From Nitrosopumilus sp. (GTDB lineage Archaea > Thermoproteota > Nitrososphaeria > Nitrososphaerales > Nitrosopumilaceae), in contig CBDBLX010000002.1 of assembly GCA_965207445.1 (NCBI GenBank), positions 1,335,849-1,399,848 on the forward strand: 64,000 nucleotides of DNA, read 5' to 3'. The notes beneath the pieces are model-generated. The model ran no database searches. It saw only the letters and a program-made list of their open reading frames with translations, and was not told the origin of the DNA. This document shows positions 43,505-54,321 of this stretch, piece by piece. How positions within the stretch are numbered: the first letter of the stretch is position 1; each line of letters begins with the position of its first letter. The translations under genes were made by a program, and so were the position numbers.

Positions 43505-45136
43505 TTATCGTTTGCCAACAGTAATAGTACTATTACCCACTACCACACTGCCATACGATTTGGTAATCACACTTGTAGATGATGCACTAGGACTATAATC
43601 TATCACAATACTATTGGAAACCCTCAACAATTCTTGGTTGATTATTTTTGTAGCATCAACATCAAAGATACGATTAATCGTATCATCATATTTCCAATGA
43701 CTATGTATTTCCCCTTGCATAAAATACAGACAAGTTCTTGCTTGTGGTAGTGCTGCATTTGTATTGTATTTACTTGCTAGAGTCCATGTCATGAGTGGTC
43801 CGTGATTTGGATTATTGGTGGCCTTGAGTGCCCAATAAAATTTTACACCATCAACATTAACTGTATGATCAAGCTTGTTGTGTTGTATAGTCTCAGAATC
43901 ATGTATGGTAAATGGTTGATTCTTATTAACAGCAGTATCTACAGATATGGTTGTAGTTATGGTAGGCTTTGATAATGTTTTAACAATTTCAGCTATCTTT
44001 TGCCTCCCTGCATCAGGTGTAAAACAGTGGCATCCTCTATTACTAGCATATGCACATTGCCCTGACATATCCACCCTATATACAGCTCCTGCATCATAGT
44101 GTTCTACTGGCACACTAACACTCAGACCAACCCTGTCATTTGGCATATTAATTGGTGTGCTGTGTAATTTTAAATCAACTGCAATATTATAATTGGCAGG
44201 ATTCGTGATCCTCCATCCCAATAACCATGTATTGCCTTTGTATACTTTGAGATTTAATGGATTTACATCCACATCTATACCAGTACCTAAACTATTTGCT
44301 AAAACATTACAGTCGCCCAAAGTAGAGCGTTGTCCAGGTATTAAGCCATGTTCACTTTCCCATATTACATATTTTCTACTCTCTCCACTATCATGATGAG
44401 ACCATCCTCCATCATAATTATAATCAGATGTAGGCTCATCACCATTTGGAAATGTGATTTTGCGCGGATTCTCTGTAATCAAAACCACATATTTGATATG
44501 ATTATGGCCGCTTTCACATGATCCCCGTGTAGCATGGTATAACTCAAGTGTTCGATCCGATGTTATTTCCTGCCTGCCACCATCTATGGTCATAAGGGTT
44601 AGTTGTCCATATACATTGCTTTGTCCAATTCCACTGCCCACATCTTGTGCTAGATGGCGTAACAAATGAATATCAGTATCAATATCAAATATGATGCCCT
44701 GTGATGTTATACCTTTGTAATTGTATTTTGTATCACTGTTTGTAATATTGATAGTTGAGAGTAAATATGCATGTATGCCATGTGGTATTTCACCTATGAT
44801 ACTAGTAGACAAATTTAGAGTCTGTAAAGGTGGCACAACTACATTTGCAATATCCCAACTATCTATGAGTGTATTATTTTCATATACGCGCAGCTGTATT
44901 AGTTTGGCAGGACCATTGGGATTATTGTTTGAAATTAAAATATGTGCTATTGTATTATTATCATTATTACCATACAGTTCGGCTTTGATCAGATTGGGCG
45001 TATTGGCATGTGCTGTGCGTTGTAGTGCTTGCTGTTGTAATGTGGCTAGTTCTGATTGTGATTCAATAACAGCATACATACCACCTAGACTCAGAGATAT
45101 TAAAGCCACAAAACCTATTACTATAATTGGATTCAT
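43505..45136 (-). CDS. Membrane-anchored exported protein, pilin/adhesin-like N-terminus
   Basis: N-terminal hydrophobic helix + coiled segment + beta-rich ISN.N..G....V.P motif; Cys pairs in C-terminal part. Confidence 0.5.
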   Translation of the reverse strand: MNPIIVIGFVALISLSLGGMYAVIESQSELATLQQQALQRTAHANTPNLIKAELYGNNDNNTIAHILISNNNPNGPAKLIQLRVYENNTLIDSWDIANVVVPPLQTLNLSTSIIGEIPHGIHAYLLSTINITNSDTKYNYKGITSQGIIFDIDTDIHLLRHLAQDVGSGIGQSNVYGQLTLMTIDGGRQEITSDRTLELYHATRGSCESGHNHIKYVVLITENPRKITFPNGDEPTSDYNYDGGWSHHDSGESRKYVIWESEHGLIPGQRSTLGDCNVLANSLGTGIDVDVNPLNLKVYKGNTWLLGWRITNPANYNIAVDLKLHSTPINMPNDRVGLSVSVPVEHYDAGAVYRVDMSGQCAYASNRGCHCFTPDAGRQKIAEIVKTLSKPTITTTISVDTAVNKNQPFTIHDSETIQHNKLDHTVNVDGVKFYWALKATNNPNHGPLMTWTLASKYNTNAALPQARTCLYFMQGEIHSHWKYDDTINRIFDVDATKIINQELLRVSNSIVIDYSPSASSTSVITKSYGSVVVGNSTITVGKR

Positions 45137-45251
45137 TTCTACATATATGATAGTAACATGTTTATCTTAAGTCTATCTATTTTATAGAATATTCTATTAT
45201 TGTTATAATATTACCATATTCTTATGTATACTATAATAGTATATGTTGTTT

Positions 45252-45980
45252 TTAATTATAATACAAATTATACCTTTTGATCAGTTTGTACTCGTAGAGG
45301 ATTTCAGGCTCATAATGAAAACTAAATGGATCATACATTAAACTATACGTTGGAAATGCCAAGTTAGATGTAATACTCGTATAAGATCGTTTGATGGCAT
45401 TGTACTCTAATGTGGCATTTACTATTGGTTGTTGTTGTTGTTGCTGCTGCTGAGACATATCATACACCCTAGTCAGCGAACTAATCACTAGTGGAGTCTT
45501 GTAATAATAGGTCTGAATGTCATCCCAATGAGCACCCACACGCAACCTTTTCTCACCGTATTTTGATAAATCCAAAATGGTATTTTGTATACTCGAGGCT
45601 CTATTAATATCCCAACTGTTTGCAGCATGTATGATAGTTTCATCATAAAACATTACAGTATTAACACCATCAAATGACACTTCTACGACCCAGACTGATG
45701 AGCCGTATGCATGGTGTATGCCTATAGTCTTGTATATGAAATGCATCTGCAATGTATAGCATTTTTGTGGATGAATATACCGTATGGCATCTATACTATT
45801 GCATATATGATACTCGTATACGTCACCGGGCCGTATATTTTGACCTGTTTGCCATGTGATATATCGTTTGGATTCTGGCTCTAATTTGGCTACACCACTA
45901 TCTACAGTACTTGTTATAATCACAATAATAGCTAAAAATATACATACCATAACATATGATTGCAACAAAGATCTCAACAC
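45252..45980 (-). CDS. Secreted hypothetical protein
   Basis: N-terminal TM/signal; W..G....GD.YEY.IC motif; poly-Q insertion. Confidence 0.55.
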   Translation of the reverse strand: MLRSLLQSYVMVCIFLAIIVIITSTVDSGVAKLEPESKRYITWQTGQNIRPGDVYEYHICNSIDAIRYIHPQKCYTLQMHFIYKTIGIHHAYGSSVWVVEVSFDGVNTVMFYDETIIHAANSWDINRASSIQNTILDLSKYGEKRLRVGAHWDDIQTYYYKTPLVISSLTRVYDMSQQQQQQQQPIVNATLEYNAIKRSYTSITSNLAFPTYSLMYDPFSFHYEPEILYEYKLIKRYNLYYN

Positions 45981-46326
45981 TTGTAATGCACCTTTTAAAT
46001 AAAAGACACCTTTGTGAGTATGTTAGATAGTGAAAAAAAGTATCGTAATGCCAAAGAGTGTGATGTATGTAGGGCCTGCTGTAATATGCAAAGCATTGTG
46101 CCACATTTTCATTGTACCATATGCGGCAACAAGTGGTAGAAATCCTTTGTAATTAAGAATACATGTACGGTGACAGGTATACCATCAAAGCAAAAAAAAT
46201 AGAGTTATGTATGAGTGGACACTTGTAATACAAACGGATTAAAACACACGATATGGCATTACAACGAATCAATCATTATTATTATTATATCAAAAAAAAA
46301 AATAAAAAAAATAACGCCGTGTACTG

Positions 46327-46692
46327 TTATTTTTTTGTGTTGGTGGTGTTGGTAGTGCGACGTATTGTCTGTTCAACATCATTCTGATCGACGTATTTTG
46401 TGTATAGTAATTTGCGATCCTTATCTGTGACAATCTGTGTATTATGGCATGTTGCACACATTATGGTACCGCGCTCTACTATCTTGCGTTGAGGTCTCCA
46501 TACTTTACCACAGTCACACGACATACCATAGATCTTTGCTGGTATTACCACATCTTTTGCAGCACTACCACAACTCTTGCAGATGGGATCAGGATTCCTA
46601 CCATACTTGGATTTCTTGGTATCCCATAGACTGCCGCAATTTTTGCAAACATATCCATTGATCAAAACATGTTTGATTGGTGTTCTCACCAT
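46327..46692 (-). CDS. Multi-zinc-ribbon protein
   Basis: CKNC, CKSC, CDC, CATC motifs. Confidence 0.65.
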   Translation of the reverse strand: MVRTPIKHVLINGYVCKNCGSLWDTKKSKYGRNPDPICKSCGSAAKDVVIPAKIYGMSCDCGKVWRPQRKIVERGTIMCATCHNTQIVTDKDRKLLYTKYVDQNDVEQTIRRTTNTTNTKK

Positions 46693-46857
46693 GAATATAA
46701 TAAAACTTATTATTATATAAGTATTATTATTTCTAATATTATTTGTGTTTTTTAAAAATATTAAAAATATAAAAAATAATTTAGTTGTTTATTTAAAATT
46801 TTATTTTTATTAGTAATCAGTAAAAGAAAAAGAAGAAGAAAAAAGAAAGAGATAATG

Positions 46858-47073
46858 CTATGCGTTTGAATTTACATTATCCTCAAATACTTTATTGCAG
46901 TCGTTGCAAAACATATGTGTGTCATCATGAACTGTGATGTTGCGGCTTTTGCATCCACTATTGGGACACTCTGCTAGACCAATTACCACAGGGTTGACAC
47001 CTCTTTGTATGATATCATTACAAACAGATGTGGCATTGCTTAAAAGACTAAAACTTTTTTGTGATTTTGGCAT
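46858..47073 (-). CDS. Small zinc-ribbon protein
   Basis: CPNSGC...CNDC. Confidence 0.55.
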   Translation of the reverse strand: MPKSQKSFSLLSNATSVCNDIIQRGVNPVVIGLAECPNSGCKSRNITVHDDTHMFCNDCNKVFEDNVNSNA

Positions 47074-47157
47074 ATTTTAAATTAAAAATAAACAACTAGT
47101 GACAAGTGTGATTATACCTGAGATCATTCTCTAATAATAGACACGCAAAGTGCAGAG

Positions 47158-47559
47158 TCATAGTATGGCAGATGGTTCTATCATACCTCGATCTTTTAGT
47201 ATTTTACGTACTGTATTAATTGACCATGCATACTGTATATGGACACAAAAATTCTCATCACAATATTCGCACCATGCCTTGTTATCCTTAAAATATACAG
47301 ACACAATACGACCCACGCGATCCAGTTTATTGTCTAAAATTTTGACATGATCATCGTGCATATTCACATGCTCAAATCGTTTACGTGACTCTTTTTCTAA
47401 TTTTTCTTTTATAGCCGCATCAACAAATTGTGCCGAATTATTAATCCCTGCCGTATTCATTTTAGTTGTTTTGATGATGGCATCTACTTCATTCATTAAA
47501 CCCTCTTTGATATTTACAGTCTTCCAACCTGTGGGCATATCATATGTTAAATATAGCAT
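47158..47559 (-). CDS. RHH/CopG-like regulator with C-terminal SWIM-type zinc finger
   Basis: WKTVNIKEGL..EVD, QFVDAAIKEKL; CEYCDENFCVH. Confidence 0.7.
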   Translation of the reverse strand: MLYLTYDMPTGWKTVNIKEGLMNEVDAIIKTTKMNTAGINNSAQFVDAAIKEKLEKESRKRFEHVNMHDDHVKILDNKLDRVGRIVSVYFKDNKAWCEYCDENFCVHIQYAWSINTVRKILKDRGMIEPSAIL

Positions 47560-47580
47560 ATTGATTAATCTTTTCTTATA

Positions 47581-49152
47581 CTAACATCCAGACCTCTGTG
47601 CCCACTCATCATCACCAAAATTAGATGCACGACACTCTTTTGTGTTGAGTTGTACTAGTCCTTTGGATAGTAATAACTCATTTAGTGGTATAGGAGGTCC
47701 TGCTTGCACAGGGGTGCCATAGCCGATACACCATGCCAAAACAGCCTTGTCTGTGTCAGTGTTTTGGATGCGTCTACCATTATCAATATCATATATGATG
47801 GATGTGCCCTGGGGGCATGATTTTCTAGTGTATGATGTGGCTTGCTCATACAAACGGTCACCTGGTTGCGGTCCATTTACAAGTGTCAGATGTAATATGA
47901 CGTTGTTTTCTATCTGTATGGTATCAGAGTGTATTACTCGGATAATTGTGCTGGTGGTAGCAGTATCATAATTGATGGGTCGTGGGATGGGTTTGAGTGT
48001 TGTTGTTGTTGTTGTGGTTGGTGGTGGTGATGATGATGGTGGTGATGAGGTGATGTTGGTGGTGATACTAGTAGGTGCAGGTGGTAAAGTGGGTGGCAAA
48101 GGTGGTTGTTGTTGTGACGGTGACGGTGACGGTGTATCATCTGACAATGTAATTTGAGGATCTGCTTTTGGTGACACATCTGATAGTGCTACCGGTTCTA
48201 TCATTATAGTAGTTGGGATTTCATCTAATACACCACCTTTTTTACTATTATTAGGCAACAATGGATCAGGTACACTTCCAGGAAACATTTTCTCTATCTG
48301 TAATATCTCTTGTTGTCTGTTCTCTATAGTACTATCTAATCCGGGAGGTCCATACACACACTCTAAACTAGTAGCTCTTATCCACCATCCATCTAGCCAT
48401 CCATAGGGTTTCATACACTCTAATCCACGTTTTGTATAATTTGCAAAACCATCGGCATACCCATCCCCATCATGGTCCTCCCACCCATCACCCAAATCAT
48501 TACCATTCTCATCATACTTGCACGGCTTTAATGAAAATCCCATTGCTACTGCCTCATTCTCATCAAAGATACGTAGCCAATCCGGTGAATTACCATACAA
48601 CTGATTAGAGCGCGGTATGCCTGTTGCGAATCCAAACATCATTCTAGCCTCCTCACCTTTTGAATTGACATTAATAGAACAGGGAGGGGCTTTTGCATAA
48701 TAATGATAGATGGATTTTTTGGTGCCATTTGATACGTGCAAAAAGTACTCTACTTTTCCATTTACCACATATTCTTCTGGTAAAGGTTCTGGTGGTTTTA
48801 TTATGGTGCCATCGATCGTTACAATGGCATCATTATAATTGTCAATATTACTATCACCCACATCAATCTCACTAGATGTTATTGGTTTGATTTCAAACTC
48901 AACATATGTATTCTCAGGTATGGGTGGTGGTAGTAAATTTTCCTGTATGTTATTATCACCTATCAACCCTATCATAATCATATTATGCACACCATCAACA
49001 CCATCCAACATAATATCAAAGCCAGTTTGCATCATTCCCAACACACCATATGACATATCCCCATGTATCATACCCACAAATAGTGCAAACACAACCATAC
49101 CTACAATCGCACTCATTGCAGATATCACAATTCTCTTACTTGTAGTACTCAA
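47581..49152 (-). CDS. Membrane-anchored protein with Pro/Thr linker and degenerate C-terminal thermonuclease (SNase) domain
   Basis: IIRVIHSDTIQI, L.LVNGPQ, LNELLLSKGL, C..S.F.D.WA..GC pattern. Confidence 0.65.
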   Translation of the reverse strand: MSTTSKRIVISAMSAIVGMVVFALFVGMIHGDMSYGVLGMMQTGFDIMLDGVDGVHNMIMIGLIGDNNIQENLLPPPIPENTYVEFEIKPITSSEIDVGDSNIDNYNDAIVTIDGTIIKPPEPLPEEYVVNGKVEYFLHVSNGTKKSIYHYYAKAPPCSINVNSKGEEARMMFGFATGIPRSNQLYGNSPDWLRIFDENEAVAMGFSLKPCKYDENGNDLGDGWEDHDGDGYADGFANYTKRGLECMKPYGWLDGWWIRATSLECVYGPPGLDSTIENRQQEILQIEKMFPGSVPDPLLPNNSKKGGVLDEIPTTIMIEPVALSDVSPKADPQITLSDDTPSPSPSQQQPPLPPTLPPAPTSITTNITSSPPSSSPPPTTTTTTTLKPIPRPINYDTATTSTIIRVIHSDTIQIENNVILHLTLVNGPQPGDRLYEQATSYTRKSCPQGTSIIYDIDNGRRIQNTDTDKAVLAWCIGYGTPVQAGPPIPLNELLLSKGLVQLNTKECRASNFGDDEWAQRSGC

Positions 49153-49225
49153 CTAAAAATAATAATAATAAAATACATTTAAACCTTTTATTTTTATATT
49201 TAGCTTAAAAAATGCACTATTATTT

Positions 49226-50173
49226 TTAGCGTCGGCGTAATATGAATTGCAAGCGTCGGCGTAATAATATGATCTGTTTTTTATCGTCTTTTTGATTTAT
49301 AGTTGTAATAATCAAAGTTCTACTGCCCTCTCGTTCTGGTCTGATGTGTAGTACAATAACACCTTCTGTAGATGTACGTAGCGTATCAAACAGTTCGTCA
49401 TCTAAATAGCACTGTACTAGTATATTGGGCATTATAGTACCATCTCCTTTATGTAGTGTCATGCGAATTGATTTTAATTCATCCAAGTCGGCACATACTA
49501 TTTCTTGTGTATGTTCTATGATTGACTGTACGTTATCACTACTACTGCTGCTGCTACTGATGCCATTTTTATCATCATTTATAGAAGAAGAAGAAAACAA
49601 CACATGCAGTAAATGTCGTGGAAATCCCAAAATTTGAGATTTTTCTTTTTCTTCTTTTTTGTAATGTTTCTTGTGCAATTTCATTGGTTTTTTATCTATT
49701 TTTTTGCTTAGCATTTGTCGTATCATTAATCGCATTATAGATATCATAACACTATCTGCTGTACCATACGCAGGCTTTACAATTGCTAGACAAAATCCAA
49801 TCAAAAGCGGAATAAATGATATGCAAACTACAAGCCAATCCAAAGTTATGTCCATATTCTTTGGCACCATTGTACTATACATCATACCAGTGATAATAGC
49901 GCCTACAACTATAACTGCAATATTGCGCATAGACATGAATCCAAAGGGTGTTGTAAGGGCAGGCTCATCAATGCTAGTATAGTCTCTGAATATCAAAACT
50001 TCTGTAGGTTGCACATATAACAAAAATGGATTTACATAAAAAGCAATATAAAGTGAAAATGGTCTCAGAGATTCAGAGCCTATTAAATACATCATAGGAG
50101 GAGATAATGTAGAGTGTCCACCTCCACACCCCTCAGATTTTTTACCGATCATCATCTTTTCTACTATTTTCAC
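49226..50173 (-). CDS. PrgI/VirB3-like two-TM conjugation protein with C-terminal beta domain
   Basis: IDEP...PFG.MS.R + two TM helices + KP.YG; directly downstream of VirB6-like gene; start uncertain. Confidence 0.5.
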   Translation of the reverse strand: MKIVEKMMIGKKSEGCGGGHSTLSPPMMYLIGSESLRPFSLYIAFYVNPFLLYVQPTEVLIFRDYTSIDEPALTTPFGFMSMRNIAVIVVGAIITGMMYSTMVPKNMDITLDWLVVCISFIPLLIGFCLAIVKPAYGTADSVMISIMRLMIRQMLSKKIDKKPMKLHKKHYKKEEKEKSQILGFPRHLLHVLFSSSSINDDKNGISSSSSSSDNVQSIIEHTQEIVCADLDELKSIRMTLHKGDGTIMPNILVQCYLDDELFDTLRTSTEGVIVLHIRPEREGSRTLIITTINQKDDKKQIILLRRRLQFILRRR

Positions 50174-50305
50174 AGTATTATATCATAAAAAGATTTATAT
50201 AATATTTGTAATAAAATATTATTAATTATTAATGATAAAAGTGTGAAAAATGTGAGGGGTGATGGGGTGGTAGTGAGTGAGTGGTGAGTGAGTGTAAAAA
50301 GTGGG

Positions 50306-51985
50306 TCAATGTCTTTCATGATTTATGTTATTATCGGCCTTGTTATTTCCATGGTCATCATCAGCACCTGTTTTACTCTTTTTATTTAGCAAACCACTCT
50401 GTTGTATATCACTGAGTTGTTGCTGCCCACTATGTATTCCACCTGTCACTTCAGCAGGCATTGCCCCTATCATACTATTCCCCATACCTAAACCCATCCC
50501 CTTTAGCATAGCCAAAGGACCGTGGCCTTGCGTATTAGTAGCTCCGGCTAGTGCACCTGCCCCCATGCCCATTCCCATCTGCATTGACATCATACTAGTA
50601 CTAGTAATGGCACTACGTAATGCACCTGATACTTCACTAGATGCTCTACCCACTATTGGTACTAGTGTAGCAGGCCAAGCAACAGCTAACGATATTATGG
50701 CTATAACTGTCATCCATTCCTCTATGGATGGTATGGGGGTATTTGATACATATGTCCATCCTATGAACAGTGTTAATGCAGTAAGAAATGGCGCCAATGA
50801 TGCGCCTAATAACCCATCTACATACTGTTTAGCATGTGATTTGACATATGGTATTAGCATTAACAAAATCCATACTGGTAAAGATATTAGCATAAAGTCA
50901 ATAAAGAATATTCTTATGACATTAATAGCAAATATGCCTATACTAATTGTAAGGGCAGGCGTCATCATGAAAAATGGCAATAGTATTTCACCTAGCAGAG
51001 TTTGACCAAAGTCAGCAGGATTAGCCAACGCTGTTGCCCATGATACTGGATTCAATAGACCTGCAAAGTCAAATATACATCCACTTGCAGCACCTAGCTT
51101 ACACCATAACCCATCTATGGTTGCCTGAGGTTGTTCTGTTATTGGGTCTAAGACCAATACTGCAAAATCAGTCATCAAAATTGCAAAGATATCCCATATT
51201 TCGGGCATTATCCATATTATTGCAATACCAAATACCGAATGCTTGAACATTGAGATGGCAGTACCTGGACGTACCAATTGTAATCCTTTTTCCCAAAAGT
51301 GTAGTGCAATTGTGAATATTATAACTAGTACAAGTATACTAGTGACTGGATATGCAAAATATCTATACATTGTATATTTACTGCTCTCTTGCTCATACCA
51401 TCCTATATCCTGTAATTGTTGATTTATCTCATTTTGCCTAATTTTGATCACTTTTACTCTATCATTATTACTACTACTACTACTGCTACTGCTAATATGA
51501 TCTTGCTCAGATGGCGCAAATACACTGCCGCGCTTTGTAGGCTCTCCTGCAATTTTGATCAATTCTGCATCTAGTATTTTACGCTCATCGATTAGTGGTG
51601 CAGCTTGTCTATTAACCTCATCGGATATTATTGATATACGTTTTCCATCTTTATCATAGACGTGTATTGTTGGTATGGTTGTAATGGCATCTAGTAATGA
51701 ATGTTGTATCATGCCTGTAAATAGAGCCATTATACTCACAAATACTACAAAGCCCATTAATGTCAGACCTAACATGATCGGACCTGTTAAGATAAATCCA
51801 GGTCTGCCTTTTTGTGTGATTTTGCGCTTTTTATGGTACTGGCATTTTTTTGTTATTGTAATTGTAGGGGTGGTTGTAGTGCGTGGAGATATAGTGATGT
51901 GTGGAACTATGGTATGTGGAGTTGTTTTAATTACTCTAGACATTTTTTCTATAATTGTTGTTGCTATATGAGGCATTGAACACAC
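50306..51985 (-). CDS. VirB6/TrbL-like polytopic conjugation membrane protein
   Basis: 6-7 TM helices, IRIF.I...LISLP....L..IP pattern, Gly/Ala/Met-rich tail. Confidence 0.65.
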   Translation of the reverse strand: MCSMPHIATTIIEKMSRVIKTTPHTIVPHITISPRTTTTPTITITKKCQYHKKRKITQKGRPGFILTGPIMLGLTLMGFVVFVSIMALFTGMIQHSLLDAITTIPTIHVYDKDGKRISIISDEVNRQAAPLIDERKILDAELIKIAGEPTKRGSVFAPSEQDHISSSSSSSSNNDRVKVIKIRQNEINQQLQDIGWYEQESSKYTMYRYFAYPVTSILVLVIIFTIALHFWEKGLQLVRPGTAISMFKHSVFGIAIIWIMPEIWDIFAILMTDFAVLVLDPITEQPQATIDGLWCKLGAASGCIFDFAGLLNPVSWATALANPADFGQTLLGEILLPFFMMTPALTISIGIFAINVIRIFFIDFMLISLPVWILLMLIPYVKSHAKQYVDGLLGASLAPFLTALTLFIGWTYVSNTPIPSIEEWMTVIAIISLAVAWPATLVPIVGRASSEVSGALRSAITSTSMMSMQMGMGMGAGALAGATNTQGHGPLAMLKGMGLGMGNSMIGAMPAEVTGGIHSGQQQLSDIQQSGLLNKKSKTGADDDHGNNKADNNINHERH

Positions 51986-52052
51986 ATATCACTATATTGA
52001 TAGTTTTAAGGCGCAAAATCTGTGGTTAAAAATAACATTTTTCTGTAATGTT

Positions 52053-52217
52053 ATGGGCGGCGACTTTTTCTGTAGAGCCAATACACAATGCAGTAAATGC
52101 AATAGCTGGACATGTAAGATCCTAGACTCGACAGATATTGCAAAATACTGGAAAGGTGGAAATACAGTTCCTGCAATATGTGCAGACTGTGGTGAAGCCA
52201 CAAATGTTAGTCGGTAG
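52053..52217 (+). CDS. 54-aa zinc-ribbon protein (below the ORF-track cutoff)
   Basis: MGGDFFCRANTQCSKCNSW...AICADCGEATNVSR; two CxxC; TTAAAAA ~25 nt upstream. Confidence 0.5.
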   Translation: MGGDFFCRANTQCSKCNSWTCKILDSTDIAKYWKGGNTVPAICADCGEATNVSR

Positions 52218-52533
52218 TAGTAGTAGTAATAATAATAAAAAAATTATTTTACATTTTAAAATTATTATAATATTTGTTATATGGTATATTTTATCATATT
52301 TTATATATCATATTAATATTAATATCATAAAATGTTTGTAAAATTATGCTCTGTTTATATTACATTTATCATAAACTATATTTTGCATATTATATTACTC
52401 TACTATTATTAAATATAATATAATATTTTAAAATAATTTCTATTTTTACCAATTAAAATATCAAAAATATCTAAAAAAATAAAAGAAATATAAAAAGAAA
52501 AGCTTTAATAGAAAGTAAAGAGTATATTATTTA

Positions 52534-54000
52534 ATGACATTAGTATTAAAAGAAGGTGAAAATTTAGAGAACAAGTACAAGGTCAAAGGGTATGGATTTG
52601 GCAGTGGCACATTATACGTTACTAGTAGGGCTCTAGTTATAGAGGGTAAGGGACAAGGCATATACTTGCATCGATGGCACAATGAAATATCTGCAGTGGA
52701 AGCTAAAGGCCGGGGGGCAATTATTGTAAGATGGCCTGAGGGGCGTACTGTGCAATCATATAAGTTTCGTGTGTGGCATGCTAGGGATATTGTAAAAGAG
52801 ATATTAAAAAAGCATAATTATTCACAGAACTTTGGTTTAGAGGGCGTTACACATGTTATGTATACTGATGCTCAAAGAGAGTCTATAATAAAGAAGAGGG
52901 TGTTATGGGGGCAAAAACAGATAGAGCGATCTGAATATATGTTAGATGAAATCATAAATGGCAAAAGAAAAAAGGGGTGGTTTGGTAAAAAGACACCTGA
53001 CACACAGCAAGGTGTTGTACTGGCAGAAAATAAATTCTATGATGATATTGAAGAGATGTTAAAAGTTGTAGATGGTGATATAAATGGCAGTGTAGATGGT
53101 GAAAATGATGATGATGATAATGATAATGATAATGATGACAGTACCACTAATGATATCACTATTAATACAAAACAACAACAAATTGCTCAAGCCAAACGCA
53201 ACATACTGATGTGGAAACAATATATCAAAGATGCACCTGATACTCCCATTTGCCGTTCCTTGTCCGTTCCAAAAAATAACTATGTAAATATGCCAATAGA
53301 AGATCACCTATGTTGGAATAATGCATGGTATGATGAATCAACAGATATGTGGTGTACATTAAATCATAGTCTGATTACAGGTAAATTAGATGGCTCTCAC
53401 CCATTTGGAGTTTTACCACAAAGCGCTAGACATTATGAAGATACACGAATTACAACAATACCATACGAGGATATACGTATGTTTCAGGGCATGCCATATG
53501 TAATTACAAGATATGATATCAAAAAAGGCATAGATGATCCAGATGATGATGATAATAAAAATGATGAAAATACCACTCTGCCCACCATTGCATTCAAAAG
53601 ATTTGCCTATGCAGAAACAAAAACAAAAAACCATCAAAAAACACTCCCAATATACATACACACACTAACAGGTGAGATGGAAAATGACGCAGTACTGCAT
53701 AAAACATGGAGAATGTTGCAATATCATATGACTACAAATTTATTTGCAACTCATGATGTACGTAAAAAAAGTATATGTTATAGGAAATTAAATTATGCCA
53801 AACATACTGGTGAACCGATGATTAAAACCCCTAGTGGCAGTTGGGTTAGTAAAAACTATTGTTTGTATATGTTTAAGCGAGGTAGTGCTAGTGAATTCGT
53901 AGAAGATGTGATGAAAAAAAGATTCCCACATATTCCTAGACCAACAGTTGATGAAATATTAGGTACATTAAGTGATGATGTGATGAAATGGGGCGAGTGA
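52534..54000 (+). CDS. Hypothetical protein with N-terminal PH/GRAM-like domain
   Basis: GTLYVTSRALVIE ... EI..VE pattern; TATA-like TTTAATA ~25 nt upstream; acidic N/D insertions. Confidence 0.5.
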   Translation: MTLVLKEGENLENKYKVKGYGFGSGTLYVTSRALVIEGKGQGIYLHRWHNEISAVEAKGRGAIIVRWPEGRTVQSYKFRVWHARDIVKEILKKHNYSQNFGLEGVTHVMYTDAQRESIIKKRVLWGQKQIERSEYMLDEIINGKRKKGWFGKKTPDTQQGVVLAENKFYDDIEEMLKVVDGDINGSVDGENDDDDNDNDNDDSTTNDITINTKQQQIAQAKRNILMWKQYIKDAPDTPICRSLSVPKNNYVNMPIEDHLCWNNAWYDESTDMWCTLNHSLITGKLDGSHPFGVLPQSARHYEDTRITTIPYEDIRMFQGMPYVITRYDIKKGIDDPDDDDNKNDENTTLPTIAFKRFAYAETKTKNHQKTLPIYIHTLTGEMENDAVLHKTWRMLQYHMTTNLFATHDVRKKSICYRKLNYAKHTGEPMIKTPSGSWVSKNYCLYMFKRGSASEFVEDVMKKRFPHIPRPTVDEILGTLSDDVMKWGE

Positions 54001-54081
54001 GAACAACAAATAATGATATAATTTTTCAAAGTTATACAGATTGTAGATAAAGAGAATAACATACCAACATGCCCCACACAC

Positions 54082-54321
54082 CAGTAGTTCGCAATGTGTT
54101 TTATATGATTTTATTTAAATAATCTACAATGTCGTTAAACGTTGATGATCATACTTGATCAGATCAAATAAAAAGTATAATATATTGGGAATATTCTAGT
54201 ACTTCTGATATTATATGAAAAATGATGTACTAGAACATCAATACGAATTAGGACAAGTAAATTATAAAGTTTTACGAAAACGATTCAACGATCTTGGATT
54301 AAACATATCAACCAGATATAA
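54082..54321 (+). mobile_element. 5' fragment of the ISH3 element
   Basis: Starts CAGTAGTTCGCAATGTG; encodes MKNDVLEHQYELGQVNYK as in the 26446 ORF; truncated at a MITE-B. Confidence 0.85.
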
